DNA of 64,000 nt from a virus: positions 38,628-102,627 of IMG/VR virus record IMGVR_UViG_3300032304_002264. One strand, written 5' to 3'. The position numbers were made by a program, and so were the translations under genes. The notes below the pieces were generated by a model. The model was not told the DNA's origin. It saw nothing but the letters and a program-made list of their open reading frames with translations, and did no database searches. Of this stretch, positions 49,961 to 56,185 are shown in pieces. Each line of letters begins with the position of its first letter. Position 1 is the first letter of the stretch.

Positions 49961-50752
49961 TTAAAGATTATAAAATTTCATCCACTTACGAATTGAATTA
50001 TCTGATACTTGGTATTTTCTACCAATAGCGCAAAAGTTACCATCCAACTCTTCGAAATCTTTTTCTAGTTGTTGTTTTGGAGGTCTTCTTGAAAAGAAAG
50101 ACGATTGATAAATTCGGGCGCACGATTTACATCTATCAGCAACCTTAGAAATCTCTTTTTTACAATCTATACATAAATTTGGTGGGGTAAGAGAGACTCC
50201 AACTCTCATGCTTTTTAAAGCGTCTGGTTCTAAGCCAGATGTGTATAGCGTTCCACCATTACCCCCAGAATTACCCCAAGTTTCTGTCTGTTGATGACAG
50301 TTGGGGCAAATTATTCTTAAATTTTCTAAACGGTTATCGTTTGGTTTTCCGTTAATGTGGTCAACATGAAGTCTGATAGGATTATTTAACCATTCGGTTA
50401 TTCCGCAAATAGCACAAGTATTTTTATAACCCATTTTTAAAAGTTTGGGGAGCAATCGACTATGTTGACTGTAAGGAGAATTTTCTTTGAAAATTTCTTC
50501 ATTAGAAAAGGAATTTTTAGCTACGTTAGCGGCTACTTTAGAACAAGATTCCGCCGTTTTCCCTTTAGCCCAATTCTGACCTAGAAAATGATCGGTTGGG
50601 ATTCTATATTCTAAAATCCGAAATTGAATTAGCCTAAAGTTTCCTCCAGTCATTTTCAACCCTAGTTTTTTAATAACCTCTGAGAATGATAGACTAGATT
50701 CTACTAGGGGAGTCAAAGACTCTTTTGTATGTTTTCTTTTTCTTTGTTTCAC
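49961..50752 (-). CDS. HNH endonuclease with C-terminal Zn finger and HTH
   Basis: CAICG..HVDHING..NDNRLENLRIICPNCH; CIDC..RCKSC; AIGRKYQVSDNSIRKW; likely GTG start. Confidence 0.85.
   Translation of the reverse strand: MKQRKRKHTKESLTPLVESSLSFSEVIKKLGLKMTGGNFRLIQFRILEYRIPTDHFLGQNWAKGKTAESCSKVAANVAKNSFSNEEIFKENSPYSQHSRLLPKLLKMGYKNTCAICGITEWLNNPIRLHVDHINGKPNDNRLENLRIICPNCHQQTETWGNSGGNGGTLYTSGLEPDALKSMRVGVSLTPPNLCIDCKKEISKVADRCKSCARIYQSSFFSRRPPKQQLEKDFEELDGNFCAIGRKYQVSDNSIRKWMKFYNL
50180..50265 (-). tRNA. tRNA-Leu(UAG), nested inside the HNH ORF
   Basis: ggggtaa/ttacccc acceptor; tctgg-CTTAGAA-ccaga; variable arm; ACCA. Confidence 0.85.
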
Positions 50753-50806
50753 ATAAATCTTTACAGATAAAGTGGTAAAGGGGAGAATTATACTTTGAAA
50801 TTTTGT

Positions 50807-50882
50807 TGGTGCGAATAGAAAGATTTGAACTTTCACTGTATTGGCTCTCGACCAATTATCTCTGCCGTTGGATTATATTCGC
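50807..50882 (-). tRNA. tRNA with GAG (Leu) anticodon, short variable loop, C33
   Basis: attgg-TCGAGAG-ccaat; CCA. Confidence 0.75.
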
Positions 50883-50890
50883 ATAAAAAA

Positions 50891-50965
50891 TGGCGGTTCA
50901 TAGGGGGAACGATCCCCTTCCTCAAGATTGACAATCTAGTGATGCTACCTTTACACTAATGAACC
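50891..50965 (-). tRNA. tRNA-Asp(GUC)
   Basis: loop TTGTCAA; G73; CCA. Confidence 0.82.
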
Positions 50966-50974
50966 ATAAAATAA

Positions 50975-51184
50975 CAGACGGCATAATCCGAAGACCGCTA
51001 ACACTTCACAGTCCTTTCGAACTCCATGCTTCGCGCCGTTATCGCTGCTGTTCCAGCGGGGATTTACCCACAGTGTTTTGCGGGAGTAACTCCGCTTCAA
51101 TCGTAGGTTCTATTTCCTCCTACTAGCCATTTACTAGATGGCATGGTTCTTAGTATCCCGCGAATCCAATATAATCGTCTTCGG
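50975..51184 (-). ncRNA. unidentified multi-helix structured RNA
   Basis: CCGAAGAC/GTCTTCGG closing helix and at least 5 internal hairpins. Confidence 0.5.
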
Positions 51185-51323
51185 GAACTTCTACAATATT
51201 AAAAGCTACTACAAATTTTCCATCAATGATACCTTTAACTTTGAAGCTGTATTCTTGATTGGCCGATTCAAGGCAATCATTTAAAAGATCAGTGAGAATT
51301 CCTATTTTTTCGTCTTCGTCCAT
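51150..51323 (-). CDS. small acidic protein (57 aa) within the tRNA array
   Basis: MDEDEKIGILTDLLNDCLE...IGFAGY*. Confidence 0.45.
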   Translation of the reverse strand: MDEDEKIGILTDLLNDCLESANQEYSFKVKGIIDGKFVVAFNIVEVPEDDYIGFAGY

Positions 51324-51340
51324 ATTTGTTATGTTAAAAT

Positions 51341-51417
51341 TGTGCGCCAGAGTTGGATTCGAACCAACACCCTATTTCCTTCACGGAAGTCTTGCTACCA
51401 TTACACTATCCGAACGC
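51341..51417 (-). ncRNA. tRNA-like element with aberrant anticodon arm and no CCA
   Basis: canonical D and T arms; ttcc-gtgaa-ggaa arm; bulged acceptor. Confidence 0.55.
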
Positions 51418-51426
51418 ATTGAAAAT

Positions 51427-51501
51427 TGGTAGGGGATCACAGAATCGAACTGTATTCTTAGGAATGTAAAACCTCTGCATCACACTTAATGCTTATCCCC
51501 C
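51427..51501 (-). tRNA. tRNA-Val(UAC)
   Basis: loop TTTACAT with weak stem; CCA. Confidence 0.75.
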
Positions 51502-51514
51502 GTTTGAAAATTAA

Positions 51515-51713
51515 TTAGTAAATGCTAGTCGCTACTCTAGCTAGAAATGAAGTGTGTCTCATCAATGGGATATTACCATTTGCTTGCCATGCACGGCTCT
51601 TCTCTTCGGTCAGTTGTATATTATACTCACAAGTTTTTTCTCGGTGCATCTCCTTACATGTTTTCTGCAACAACGATATTCCTGCGTGTCTGCTTTCCAC
51701 GCCGATTTACTAA
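51515..51713 (-). ncRNA. about 200-nt tRNA-like RNA with a greatly enlarged anticodon-position domain
   Basis: 9-bp terminal helix; D-like arm GCGTG-GAAAGCAGA-CACGC; T-like arm GCTAG-AGTAGCGA-CTAGC. Confidence 0.6.
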
Positions 51714-51716
51714 AAC

Positions 51717-51790
51717 TGGACACACCTATGGGTAACTCTCCCATTTAGCTAGTTTTGCAGACTAGAGCCTCAATTTTCGGCCAAGGTGTG
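51717..51790 (-). tRNA. tRNA-Cys(GCA), atypical T-loop
   Basis: ctagt-CTGCAAA-actag; U73; CCA. Confidence 0.85.
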
Positions 51791-51797
51791 ATGAAAT

Positions 51798-51871
51798 TGG
51801 TGGAAATACAGAAACTCGAATTCTGACTAAAAGAGTGCAAATCTTTTGTGCTACCATTACACTATATCCCC
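51798..51871 (-). tRNA. tRNA-Ala(UGC)
   Basis: G3:U70; aaaga-TTTGCAC-tcttt; CCA. Confidence 0.9.
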
Positions 51872-51879
51872 ATTGAAAT

Positions 51880-51955
51880 TGGTAGTCCGTCCCCGTATTG
51901 ATCGGGGTATCTCCCGTTTATCGAACGGGTGCAGTTACCAGCTTGCTCACGGACT
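51880..51955 (-). tRNA. tRNA-Ile(GAU), C33
   Basis: cccgt-TCGATAA-acggg; CCA. Confidence 0.82.
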
Positions 51956-51965
51956 ATTTGAAAAT

Positions 51966-52088
51966 TGGAGCGGCGGCGGATCGTCACTTCCGCCTTGCTA
52001 GGGACTCCGAAATACCCCGTGATCTCCTTCTTCTAGGACATTCCGAGATTTAATGTCTTTTAATTCGGGTTTCTTTTGACTATGCCGC
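51966..52088 (-). ncRNA. expanded tRNA-like RNA with Gly-type acceptor and CCA
   Basis: GCGGC/GCCGC-TCCA acceptor; T-like arm; no canonical anticodon loop. Confidence 0.55.
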
Positions 52089-52097
52089 ATTGTAAAT

Positions 52098-52177
52098 TGG
52101 TGAGCCAGAGAGGAGTCAAACCTCCATGCATTCAATTATCCTTTCAACTCGTTCGTAGCGAGAGGGAATACTGACCC
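52098..52177 (-). tRNA. D-armless tRNA-Arg(ACG)-like RNA
   Basis: ctcg-CTACGAA-cgag; 8-nt D replacement; 22-nt variable region; CCA. Confidence 0.65.
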
Positions 52178-52190
52178 ATGTTATAAAATT

Positions 52191-52266
52191 TGGTGGGGGC
52201 GACGGGAATCCAACCCGCTATCAACCGTTTATGAGACGGTGGCATCTGGCATACTGCTCCACCCCG
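52191..52266 (-). tRNA. tRNA(CAU), Met or Ile2
   Basis: accgt-CTCATAA-acggt; CCA. Confidence 0.8.
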
Positions 52267-52280
52267 ATTAAATACTCAAA

Positions 52281-52355
52281 GTCCGCGAGGTCAGGGTTGA
52301 ACTGACATTATACTCTTTCACAAAGAGGACTTTTACCATTAAAGTTACCCACGGA
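52281..52355 (-). tRNA. tRNA-His(GUG), 8-bp acceptor, CCA not encoded
   Basis: ctct-TTGTGAA-agag. Confidence 0.75.
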
Positions 52356-52365
52356 TGAAAATAAA

Positions 52366-52518
52366 TCCCCACTACCGAGATTCACAGAGGTAAGATATCT
52401 CTAAGAGCGACCAAAGCCTTACTTACTTGTGTCGGATTACGAATACAGACATTGACGGAGCAACCGTGTATTCCTGTATCACGCTCATATTAGTTCTTTT
52501 GGTCTAATATGGCGGGGA
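52366..52518 (-). ncRNA. unidentified structured RNA
   Basis: TCCCCGC/GTGGGGA closing helix; CATATTAG/CTAATATG hairpin. Confidence 0.5.
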
Positions 52519-52522
52519 AAAT

Positions 52523-52606
52523 TGGTGCAGATGGCGAGATTTGAACTCGCGTGTGGTATTCCTCATTGGAAGTGAGGCGCAATCGACCAAGCTATGCGAC
52601 ATCTGC
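52523..52606 (-). tRNA. tRNA-Gly(UCC), 10-nt variable region
   Basis: cctca-CTTCCAA-tgagg; CCA. Confidence 0.85.
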
Positions 52607-52616
52607 TTTAAAATAG

Positions 52617-52728
52617 TTTGATTAGTTGGATTCCTTACTCATGGATAGAAGACTCACAAATGAAGTGGCAATGCATTGCGTTCATAGGTTCCAACGTGGA
52701 TGATACACGCCTTACGGTCTAATCAAAA
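52617..52728 (-). ncRNA. unidentified structured RNA
   Basis: TTTGATTAG/CTAATCAAA 9-bp closing helix with internal stems. Confidence 0.5.
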
Positions 52729-52729
52729 A

Positions 52730-52804
52730 TGGCCCCAACTAGAGGTATCGAGCCTCTCTTTCGAATTTTTCAGATTCGCGCTAATCCGTCTCAGCTAAGT
52801 TGGG
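52730..52804 (-). tRNA. tRNA-Phe(GAA)
   Basis: cgaat-CTGAAAA-attcg; CCA; 5' end overlaps the HNH stop region. Confidence 0.85.
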
Positions 52805-53365
52805 ATGATGAAATGTTCCATGACAATTAGGACAAAGATATTCTAAATTGTCTATTGTGTTATTTGTGGGGTCTTCGTCTTTATGGTGGATATGCAATAA
52901 AATTAAATTCCCCATCCAGTGTGACAAGCCACAACATTGACAACGATATTCTCTACCAGCACGATCTAAAGCTGCTTTCAACGCTGGCCTTCTTAATCTT
53001 TTCTTTTGTTCAACTGACTTAGCAAACAATTTGTTAGCTGTGGCTTGCCCTCCTAACGAACGGCTGTTTTCTTTGCCGTCTTTAAAAAAGACTCCCAATT
53101 GATTTAATCTTTTTTTATAGTGAAAAAATGAACCTCCAGATGTTTTTAATCCGAGATTTCTCAAACACTCATTCATATAAGAGCTTTTAGCTGCCGCTTC
53201 TAATAATTGTTGATCGGAAATTTTATGTTTGCATCTTCCAAAAGTTTTTAGCTTAAATTTCCGCAGCCAATAACGAGTTGTGCCAATAGGCATATTTAAG
53301 GCTTCTGCAATTTCTTTAATTGTTTTCCCTTCGGAAATATATTGTTGGAGTATTTTTTGTTCCAT
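52781..53365 (-). CDS. HTH fused to HNH endonuclease
   Basis: TIKEIAEAL HTH; CQCCG..HIHHKD..NN..DNLEYLCPNCH; GTGTAA 8 nt upstream. Confidence 0.85.
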   Translation of the reverse strand: MEQKILQQYISEGKTIKEIAEALNMPIGTTRYWLRKFKLKTFGRCKHKISDQQLLEAAAKSSYMNECLRNLGLKTSGGSFFHYKKRLNQLGVFFKDGKENSRSLGGQATANKLFAKSVEQKKRLRRPALKAALDRAGREYRCQCCGLSHWMGNLILLHIHHKDEDPTNNTIDNLEYLCPNCHGTFHHPNLAETD

Positions 53366-53446
53366 ACCCCTTTTTACACGAAAAGAGTAAAGCGGGGAAC
53401 AATATGCAAGCGCAATGTCTCCAGACCTGCCCACAAGCGTAAAAAT

Positions 53447-53523
53447 TGGTGACTCATGTAGGATTCAAACCTACAACCTAGACGGTAGAAACATCTTGCT
53501 CTATTCGATTGAGCTAATGAGCC
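53447..53523 (-). tRNA. tRNA-Arg(UCU)
   Basis: agatg-TTTCTAC-cgtct; CCA. Confidence 0.87.
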
Positions 53524-53531
53524 TTTGAAAA

Positions 53532-53606
53532 TGGCTGGCCATTTAGGATTCGAACCTAACTAAATCTCCTTAACAGGGAGGTGTCGCGCCTAGCGACCTA
53601 TGGCCA
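53532..53606 (-). tRNA. tRNA-Asn(GUU)
   Basis: ctcc-CTGTTAA-ggag; G73; CCA. Confidence 0.87.
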
Positions 53607-53614
53607 TTTGAAAA

Positions 53615-53689
53615 TGGTCAGGGTTTGGGGTAACGATCCCCATTCTACTCGTTAAAAGCAAGTTGCTTCACCATTAAAGCTTAACCCCG
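53615..53689 (-). tRNA. tRNA-Lys(UUU)
   Basis: acttg-CTTTTAA-cgagt; CCA. Confidence 0.85.
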
Positions 53690-53698
53690 TTTGAAAAT

Positions 53699-53769
53699 TG
53701 GATACCTTTGGGGATTCTAGCCCCTCTTCTACGCCCATGCGTAGTATGCTGTCATTACATCATCAGGTA
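53699..53769 (-). ncRNA. tRNA-like element with shortened anticodon loop
   Basis: D and T arms and CCA present; ctacgc-ATGG-gcgtag arm. Confidence 0.55.
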
Positions 53770-53772
53770 AGA

Positions 53773-53851
53773 TGGCCCACACAGGTCGGAATTGAACCGA
53801 CTATTTAACTGGATTTGGAGTTCAGTTGCAACCGCCACTTGCTGCTGCGGG
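53773..53851 (-). tRNA. tRNA-Trp(CCA), bulged acceptor
   Basis: loop CTCCAAA; CCA end. Confidence 0.75.
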
Positions 53852-53859
53852 ATGAAAAT

Positions 53860-53933
53860 TGGAAGCCCCGCCCAGAATCGAACTGGATTAAGTATGTTCA
53901 AAGCATACGGCCTTACCAATAGGCTACGGGGCA
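53860..53933 (-). tRNA. tRNA-Gln(UUG)
   Basis: gtatg-CTTTGAA-catac; CCA. Confidence 0.87.
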
Positions 53934-53940
53934 ATTAAAA

Positions 53941-54032
53941 TGGCGGAAGATAAAAGGATCGAACTCTCACCCGTGGATCACACGCATGGCACAGTTTTCG
54001 AGACTGCTTGACCTCCATTGGTCGCTACCTCC
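53941..54032 (-). tRNA. tRNA-Ser(CGA)
   Basis: gcagt-CTCGAAA-actgt; long variable arm; G73; CCA. Confidence 0.87.
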
Positions 54033-54046
54033 CATATAAAGAAAAA

Positions 54047-54240
54047 CAAATCAAAAGTGCGTTGTTACACCAAAGGGGTTACTATTTCTAGTCCTATGAA
54101 ACGTAATTCACAATCATCGCAGCACCTTTTGCAAGGGTGTATGTCTTCTTGGAATTATATACATACGAATTACCTCTTCTCTACGTCTAGTCCCATTCTT
54201 TAAAAGGTGGCTACTTCTAAGCCTACTTCCTTTTGATCTG
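54047..54240 (-). ncRNA. mimic of the 23S rRNA GTPase-associated centre (H43/H44, L11 site) with an insert of about 125 nt
   Basis: GGAAGUAGGCUUAGAAGUAGCCACCUUUUAAAGA ... GUGUAACAACGCACU inside an 11-bp closing helix. Confidence 0.8.
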
Positions 54241-54244
54241 AAAA

Positions 54245-54327
54245 TGGTGTGAGTCTGAGGTTTCGATCCTCGCCCCGAAGGAGAAGTTTTACAGACTTCT
54301 TGCTAGAGCCACTAGCTTTAGACTCAC
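54245..54327 (-). tRNA. tRNA-Tyr(GUA), apparent 8/4 acceptor/T-stem
   Basis: gaagt-CTGTAAA-acttc; GTGAGTCT/AGACTCAC acceptor; CCA. Confidence 0.8.
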
Positions 54328-54341
54328 ATAAAAAAGAAAGA

Positions 54342-54420
54342 GACGCGCTGTTTTACCTGACTAAACTACAATGCAGTATTATCTCCGCACCAGCGGACTT
54401 CGAACCCGCCTCTTCGCATC
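54342..54420 (-). ncRNA. circularly permuted tRNA mimic (YrlA-like), copy B
   Basis: order T arm, looped acceptor, D arm; closed by GATGCG/CGCGTC. Confidence 0.65.
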
Positions 54421-54430
54421 AAAATAAATA

Positions 54431-54498
54431 GGGGTATTCTGCCACTGAACTACCCAGAGATTGGAGCCTCTGAGACGGAATCGAACCGATGCCTCCCC
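54431..54498 (-). ncRNA. circularly permuted tRNA mimic (YrlA-like), copy A
   Basis: GGTTCGATTCC, CTCAGAG-loop-CTCTGGG, TAGTTCAGTGGCAGAA; closed by GGGG/CCCC. Confidence 0.7.
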
Positions 54499-54511
54499 AA
54501 CATTTGTAAAA

Positions 54512-54567
54512 TGGTCGCTCCCCGTCATCGACTCATAAAATCGACTTCGCTGGCCAGCAGGGGAGCG
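54512..54567 (-). ncRNA. 56-nt mini-RNA with 8-bp acceptor-like stem and ACCA end
   Basis: CGCTCCCC/GGGGAGCG-ACCA enclosing two small hairpins. Confidence 0.55.
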
Positions 54568-54593
54568 TTTGTTTTTTATGCTGGCATTAGAAA

Positions 54594-54670
54594 TGGTAGG
54601 AACGGAGAGGGTCGAACTCTCACTGATACAAGGAATGAGCTTGTGCAACACCAATATTGCTTGCGTTCCA
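54594..54670 (-). tRNA. tRNA(CAU) with U1:U72 mismatch and U37
   Basis: acaag-CTCATTC-cttgt; CCA. Confidence 0.75.
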
Positions 54671-54677
54671 ATTGAAA

Positions 54678-54702
54678 TGGTTGCGGACTAAAGACTCGAA
54701 TC
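54678..54702 (-). pseudogene. orphan tRNA 3' end (T-loop to CGCAACCA)
   Basis: GATTCGAGTCTTTAGTCCGCAACCA abutting the promoter of the endonuclease gene. Confidence 0.65.
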
Positions 54703-54717
54703 AGTGTAAAAGTATTT

Positions 54718-55677
54718 ATGCAATACAATAAAGACCAATACGAGACAAAAAAGCACCGCGAAATGATAGACTGCATCTGTGACGAATGTGGTTCTGAGTG
54801 TCAGAGACGAAAGAGAGATATTAGAATATCAATTGGCCGAAATCAGGAAAAGCTTTTTTGCTCAAAAGAATGTTCTGCCAAACACTCGCGATCCGAAGAG
54901 AGAAATAACCACTCAGGCGAATGCAAAAACTGTGGAAAAGAAGTAACCTACCCAAACTTGTTTTGTTCGTCTTCTTGTTCTGCTATCTATACCAACCAAT
55001 TTAAATTGAAAAGGGGCAAAATAGTGTCGTGTCATGGATGCGGAGAAGATTGCTATAAGGAACCAAATCAGCTACGAGATAATATTAGTGGGTTACACTT
55101 TTGCAGTCGTGATTGCAGCGACAAATTTAAGGTAAACAAAGCGGCTCGTCAAAATAGAGATATCACATGTTCTCAATGTTTATCTGATTTCCAAAGATAT
55201 TCGACCCAAAAGAGTAAGCACGGCAAAGAGTTTTGTTCTCGTTCTTGTAGAATGAAATATTTCAATATACATCACAAGATTAATGAAGGTTCGGGAGCCA
55301 GCGTTAGTTATCCAGAAGAATATTTGAATGACCGACTGGCCACTTCGTTTCAAGACTTAGAAATTTCCAGAAATAATAGAACCTTTCTTGAATGTGGTTA
55401 TGAAATGGATTTTTTCTTTCCTAATCTTAACTTCGCTATCGAAGTGAACGGCCCAATTCATTATATGCCTATTTTCGGAGAGACTCGTTTGGATAATGTC
55501 CAAGCTAAGGACTTAACAAAATATGCTGAAATGAATCACAAGGGCATCTCTTTTCTTATAATCGACGTAAGACAAAGTATGAGTAAAAAGAAAATGGCAA
55601 TGTATTTGGACGGACTTTTTGTTGATAAAATCCAACCTATTATAGAAAGCAAATTGCGCCGCCTAGATTCGAACTAG
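54718..55677 (+). CDS. multi-Zn-finger, Vsr/DUF559-like endonuclease, antisense in the array
   Basis: four CxxC...FCSxxC units; EMDFFF..FAIEVNGPIHY...KD. Confidence 0.8.
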   Translation: MQYNKDQYETKKHREMIDCICDECGSECQRRKRDIRISIGRNQEKLFCSKECSAKHSRSEERNNHSGECKNCGKEVTYPNLFCSSSCSAIYTNQFKLKRGKIVSCHGCGEDCYKEPNQLRDNISGLHFCSRDCSDKFKVNKAARQNRDITCSQCLSDFQRYSTQKSKHGKEFCSRSCRMKYFNIHHKINEGSGASVSYPEEYLNDRLATSFQDLEISRNNRTFLECGYEMDFFFPNLNFAIEVNGPIHYMPIFGETRLDNVQAKDLTKYAEMNHKGISFLIIDVRQSMSKKKMAMYLDGLFVDKIQPIIESKLRRLDSN

Positions 55678-55739
55678 GAACAGGATTTAACCTTTCTCCA
55701 ACTTATGAGGATGGCATGTTACCATTACACTACGGCACG
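55654..55739 (-). tRNA. initiator-like tRNA(CAU), C1:A72, long variable arm, no CCA
   Basis: ccatc-CTCATAA-gttgg; TTCGAAT; overlaps the endonuclease 3' end. Confidence 0.7.
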
Positions 55740-55752
55740 ATTTGAAAATGAA

Positions 55753-55907
55753 TCAGCTATACCCTTTGACCGAGGGGGCGTATTGTTGTCTCAAAGTTTG
55801 GTATATCCATCCCAAACCGCATGGCGGCTCCTTAAATAACTTCTTCCTCCTCTTGGATAGAATGAGGAAATAGATGGAGAAGTTACGACAACATTAACTC
55901 TAGCTGA
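55753..55907 (-). ncRNA. unidentified structured RNA
   Basis: nested helices TCAGCTA/TAGCTGA, TGTTGTC/GACAACA, TAACTTCT/AGAAGTTA. Confidence 0.55.
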
Positions 55908-55911
55908 AAAT

Positions 55912-56021
55912 TGATCCCCAACCATCCACCTTCTCAGTTGGTAGGAATTTGGCCGCTTGCGGCGACCTTACCTATTTGAACGCCTAATCGTCATTAGACT
56001 GGGTGGTTCTGACTGTTGGGA
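55912..56021 (-). ncRNA. unidentified structured RNA
   Basis: CCCAAC/GTTGGG closing helix; GGTCGC-cgcaa-GCGGCC hairpin. Confidence 0.5.
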
Positions 56022-56025
56022 AAAT

Positions 56026-56102
56026 TGGTTAGGCATGTGGAATTTGAATCCACAATCTCTACATCCCAAATGTAGCGCGATACCAAGTTACGCTAATGCC
56101 TA
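56026..56102 (-). tRNA. tRNA-Pro(UGG)
   Basis: ctaca-TTTGGGA-tgtag; CCA. Confidence 0.88.
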
Positions 56103-56110
56103 ATTGAAAT

Positions 56111-56185
56111 TGGTCATGCATACGGGGGACGATCCCGTAGTCTCTTGAGTGAAAGTCAAGCGTGTTACCATTACACTAATGCATG
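56111..56185 (-). tRNA. tRNA-Glu(UUC)
   Basis: cttga-CTTTCAC-tcaag; CCA. Confidence 0.87.

Noticed and set aside
50975-51323. tmRNA or RNase P RNA
   Set aside because: No Ala-type acceptor or ssrA-like tag ending, and no RNase P CR-I/CR-V consensus seen; left as unidentified.
54047-54240. True rRNA gene or host contamination
   Set aside because: Only about 50 nt of H43/H44 match, interrupted by an insert and embedded between phage tRNAs.
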